From Paraspadella gotoi (Eukaryota; Animalia; Chaetognatha), in NCBI GenBank assembly GCA_051294375.1, contig CM119264.1, positions 18,917,590 to 18,981,589 of the forward strand: 64,000 nucleotides of DNA, given 5' to 3'. Positions 62,586 through 64,000 of the stretch are shown one piece after another; the first letter of the stretch is position 1; every line of letters starts with the position of its first letter. Both the position numbers and the translations under genes were made by a program. A model generated the notes under the pieces. It saw only the letters and a list, made by a program, of their open reading frames with translations. It made no database searches and was not told where the DNA came from.

Positions 62586-63108
62586 GACCTTAATTAATGA
62601 CGACGATTCGTTTTCAGCGCGGAGGAATCGAGGGAGTCGCGAGGTCCTTCGATCTGCTTAGCTAGTTCGTCAAAGGCGGTGGAAAGGTAGTGGTGACTTT
62701 CTCCCTGTTAGTCGATGATTCTCGCTAGAATGATTTCGCCTGATTCGATTATAGTCGGAGAATGATATTGGGTATTTAATATTGAAAAAGTTGAAGGAAG
62801 GACTTACACTGCGGCGCAAAAAAAAGTAGCCACTTATTTCAAACCGAAAAATACTATATTGGATGGCTGAATTTCACAAAGATATAGAAACATAAAATAA
62901 AGCTTATTGAGAGATGAGGCGACTGAGCCAGGTCCTATTAAAATGAAGCAAAGCCTTCAAAAGTTTTAGAACATCAAAGTTGACTGGTATAAAAATCAAG
63001 AATTCCGCGATGGAGGGGCAAGAAAGTGATACTCGTCAGAGTCTTAATCAATAATGAAAAATCCAGGGACGAATATCGATTTGTTTAGAAGCTTCGTCTT
63101 TGATTCCC

Positions 63109-63148
<40 letters not shown>

Positions 63149-64000
63149 CGTGGGAGCCGAGCTTGGAGTATATTGGCATCGGTCCGTCCTCTCAGACTCC
63201 GCGCCAGACGAGTGACATCTGGTGAGTGATCTTTTTCGAGTCGGAGAGGGAGTACCTGGTCCCGGCGCCGTCTCCGTGCCAAAGCTAGTTCGCAAGATAG
63301 AGAGAGAGAGATTGTGCGAAAAGAGTCGCGCCTCGCTCCTCTTTAATTCACACACGAGATCGAGATGGCGTTCGGTTATTCTGGGCGAGAGATGATTCTC
63401 AGTTCTCGAGTCGGCATAAATCTGCGACGAAGAAAAGGGAGTTTTGAGAAGTGGGATTTCTCGGAATTCTTGAGGGAAGCGAAGGGGAAAGGGAATGCGA
63501 AAACGCCGATGGGAATTACATATGCAAAGAATCGTCCTCCAGTTGCCGAACGCAATTTCCGAGCAAGTTAAGTTGGGGATTGTGCCTTGATTTAATGTCG
63601 CGGAAAAACGATTTTTTTTTGTTTCAGACAAGAACAAACATCGTATTATTGATACGCTTCGAGCGGAAGAGCGTCCAGTTCTAGCTTATCTTGTCAGTTC
63701 CACATTTGTGAGTCATAATGAGCTCCACCTCTTTCCTGCCTTTAATGATCTTTCTGTACGATCGCTCTCTCGTTCTCTCTCGACCGTCTCTCTCGCAGAT
63801 CTCTCTTGTCATCTTTGCGTCCGGTCTCTCTCTTATACTCCCGAGGTTCTCCGCTCATCGCTGAGTCACTCTCCGTTCACGCTATCGCTCATCTCCCTCC
63901 CTCTCTCCTCGAGGTCTCTTGGGCCCCTGTAGGTTCTATGTCTCTCTCTCTCTCCTCACATTCTCTCACAGTCTTTTCTCTTTTTCTCTGTTGAAAAATG

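Overview
Gene-dense, AT-rich animal (invertebrate-like) nuclear DNA with short spliceosomal introns (mostly 60-100 nt); the ORF track therefore only shows exon fragments. Hand-spliced gene models: synaptotagmin-7 (5' half, minus), two-pore channel TPC3 (+), protein disulfide isomerase (+, spanning an assembly gap), a tight co-oriented minus-strand run DHODH-ARGLU1-BAP18-AMPK gamma-GAR1-uncharacterised gene, thymidine kinase TK1 (+, head-to-head with DHODH), and a KIAA1549/UPF0606-like single-pass membrane protein (minus). Introns hold many mobile relics: Penelope-type repeats with minimal hammerhead motifs, TTAA-flanked and TA-flanked MITEs, Helentron/DINE-1-like repeats, a solo LTR, a tRNA-derived SINE and an LTR relic that appears to carry a Ran-binding-like domain. 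Main leads: an operon-like cluster with ~100-bp gaps and unpaired splice acceptors, the RanBD-like domain in an LTR element, intronic hammerheads, and a decayed virus-like coding island. All homology calls are by-eye motif recognition, not database searches. The region from ~53.6 kb to 64 kb could not be resolved.
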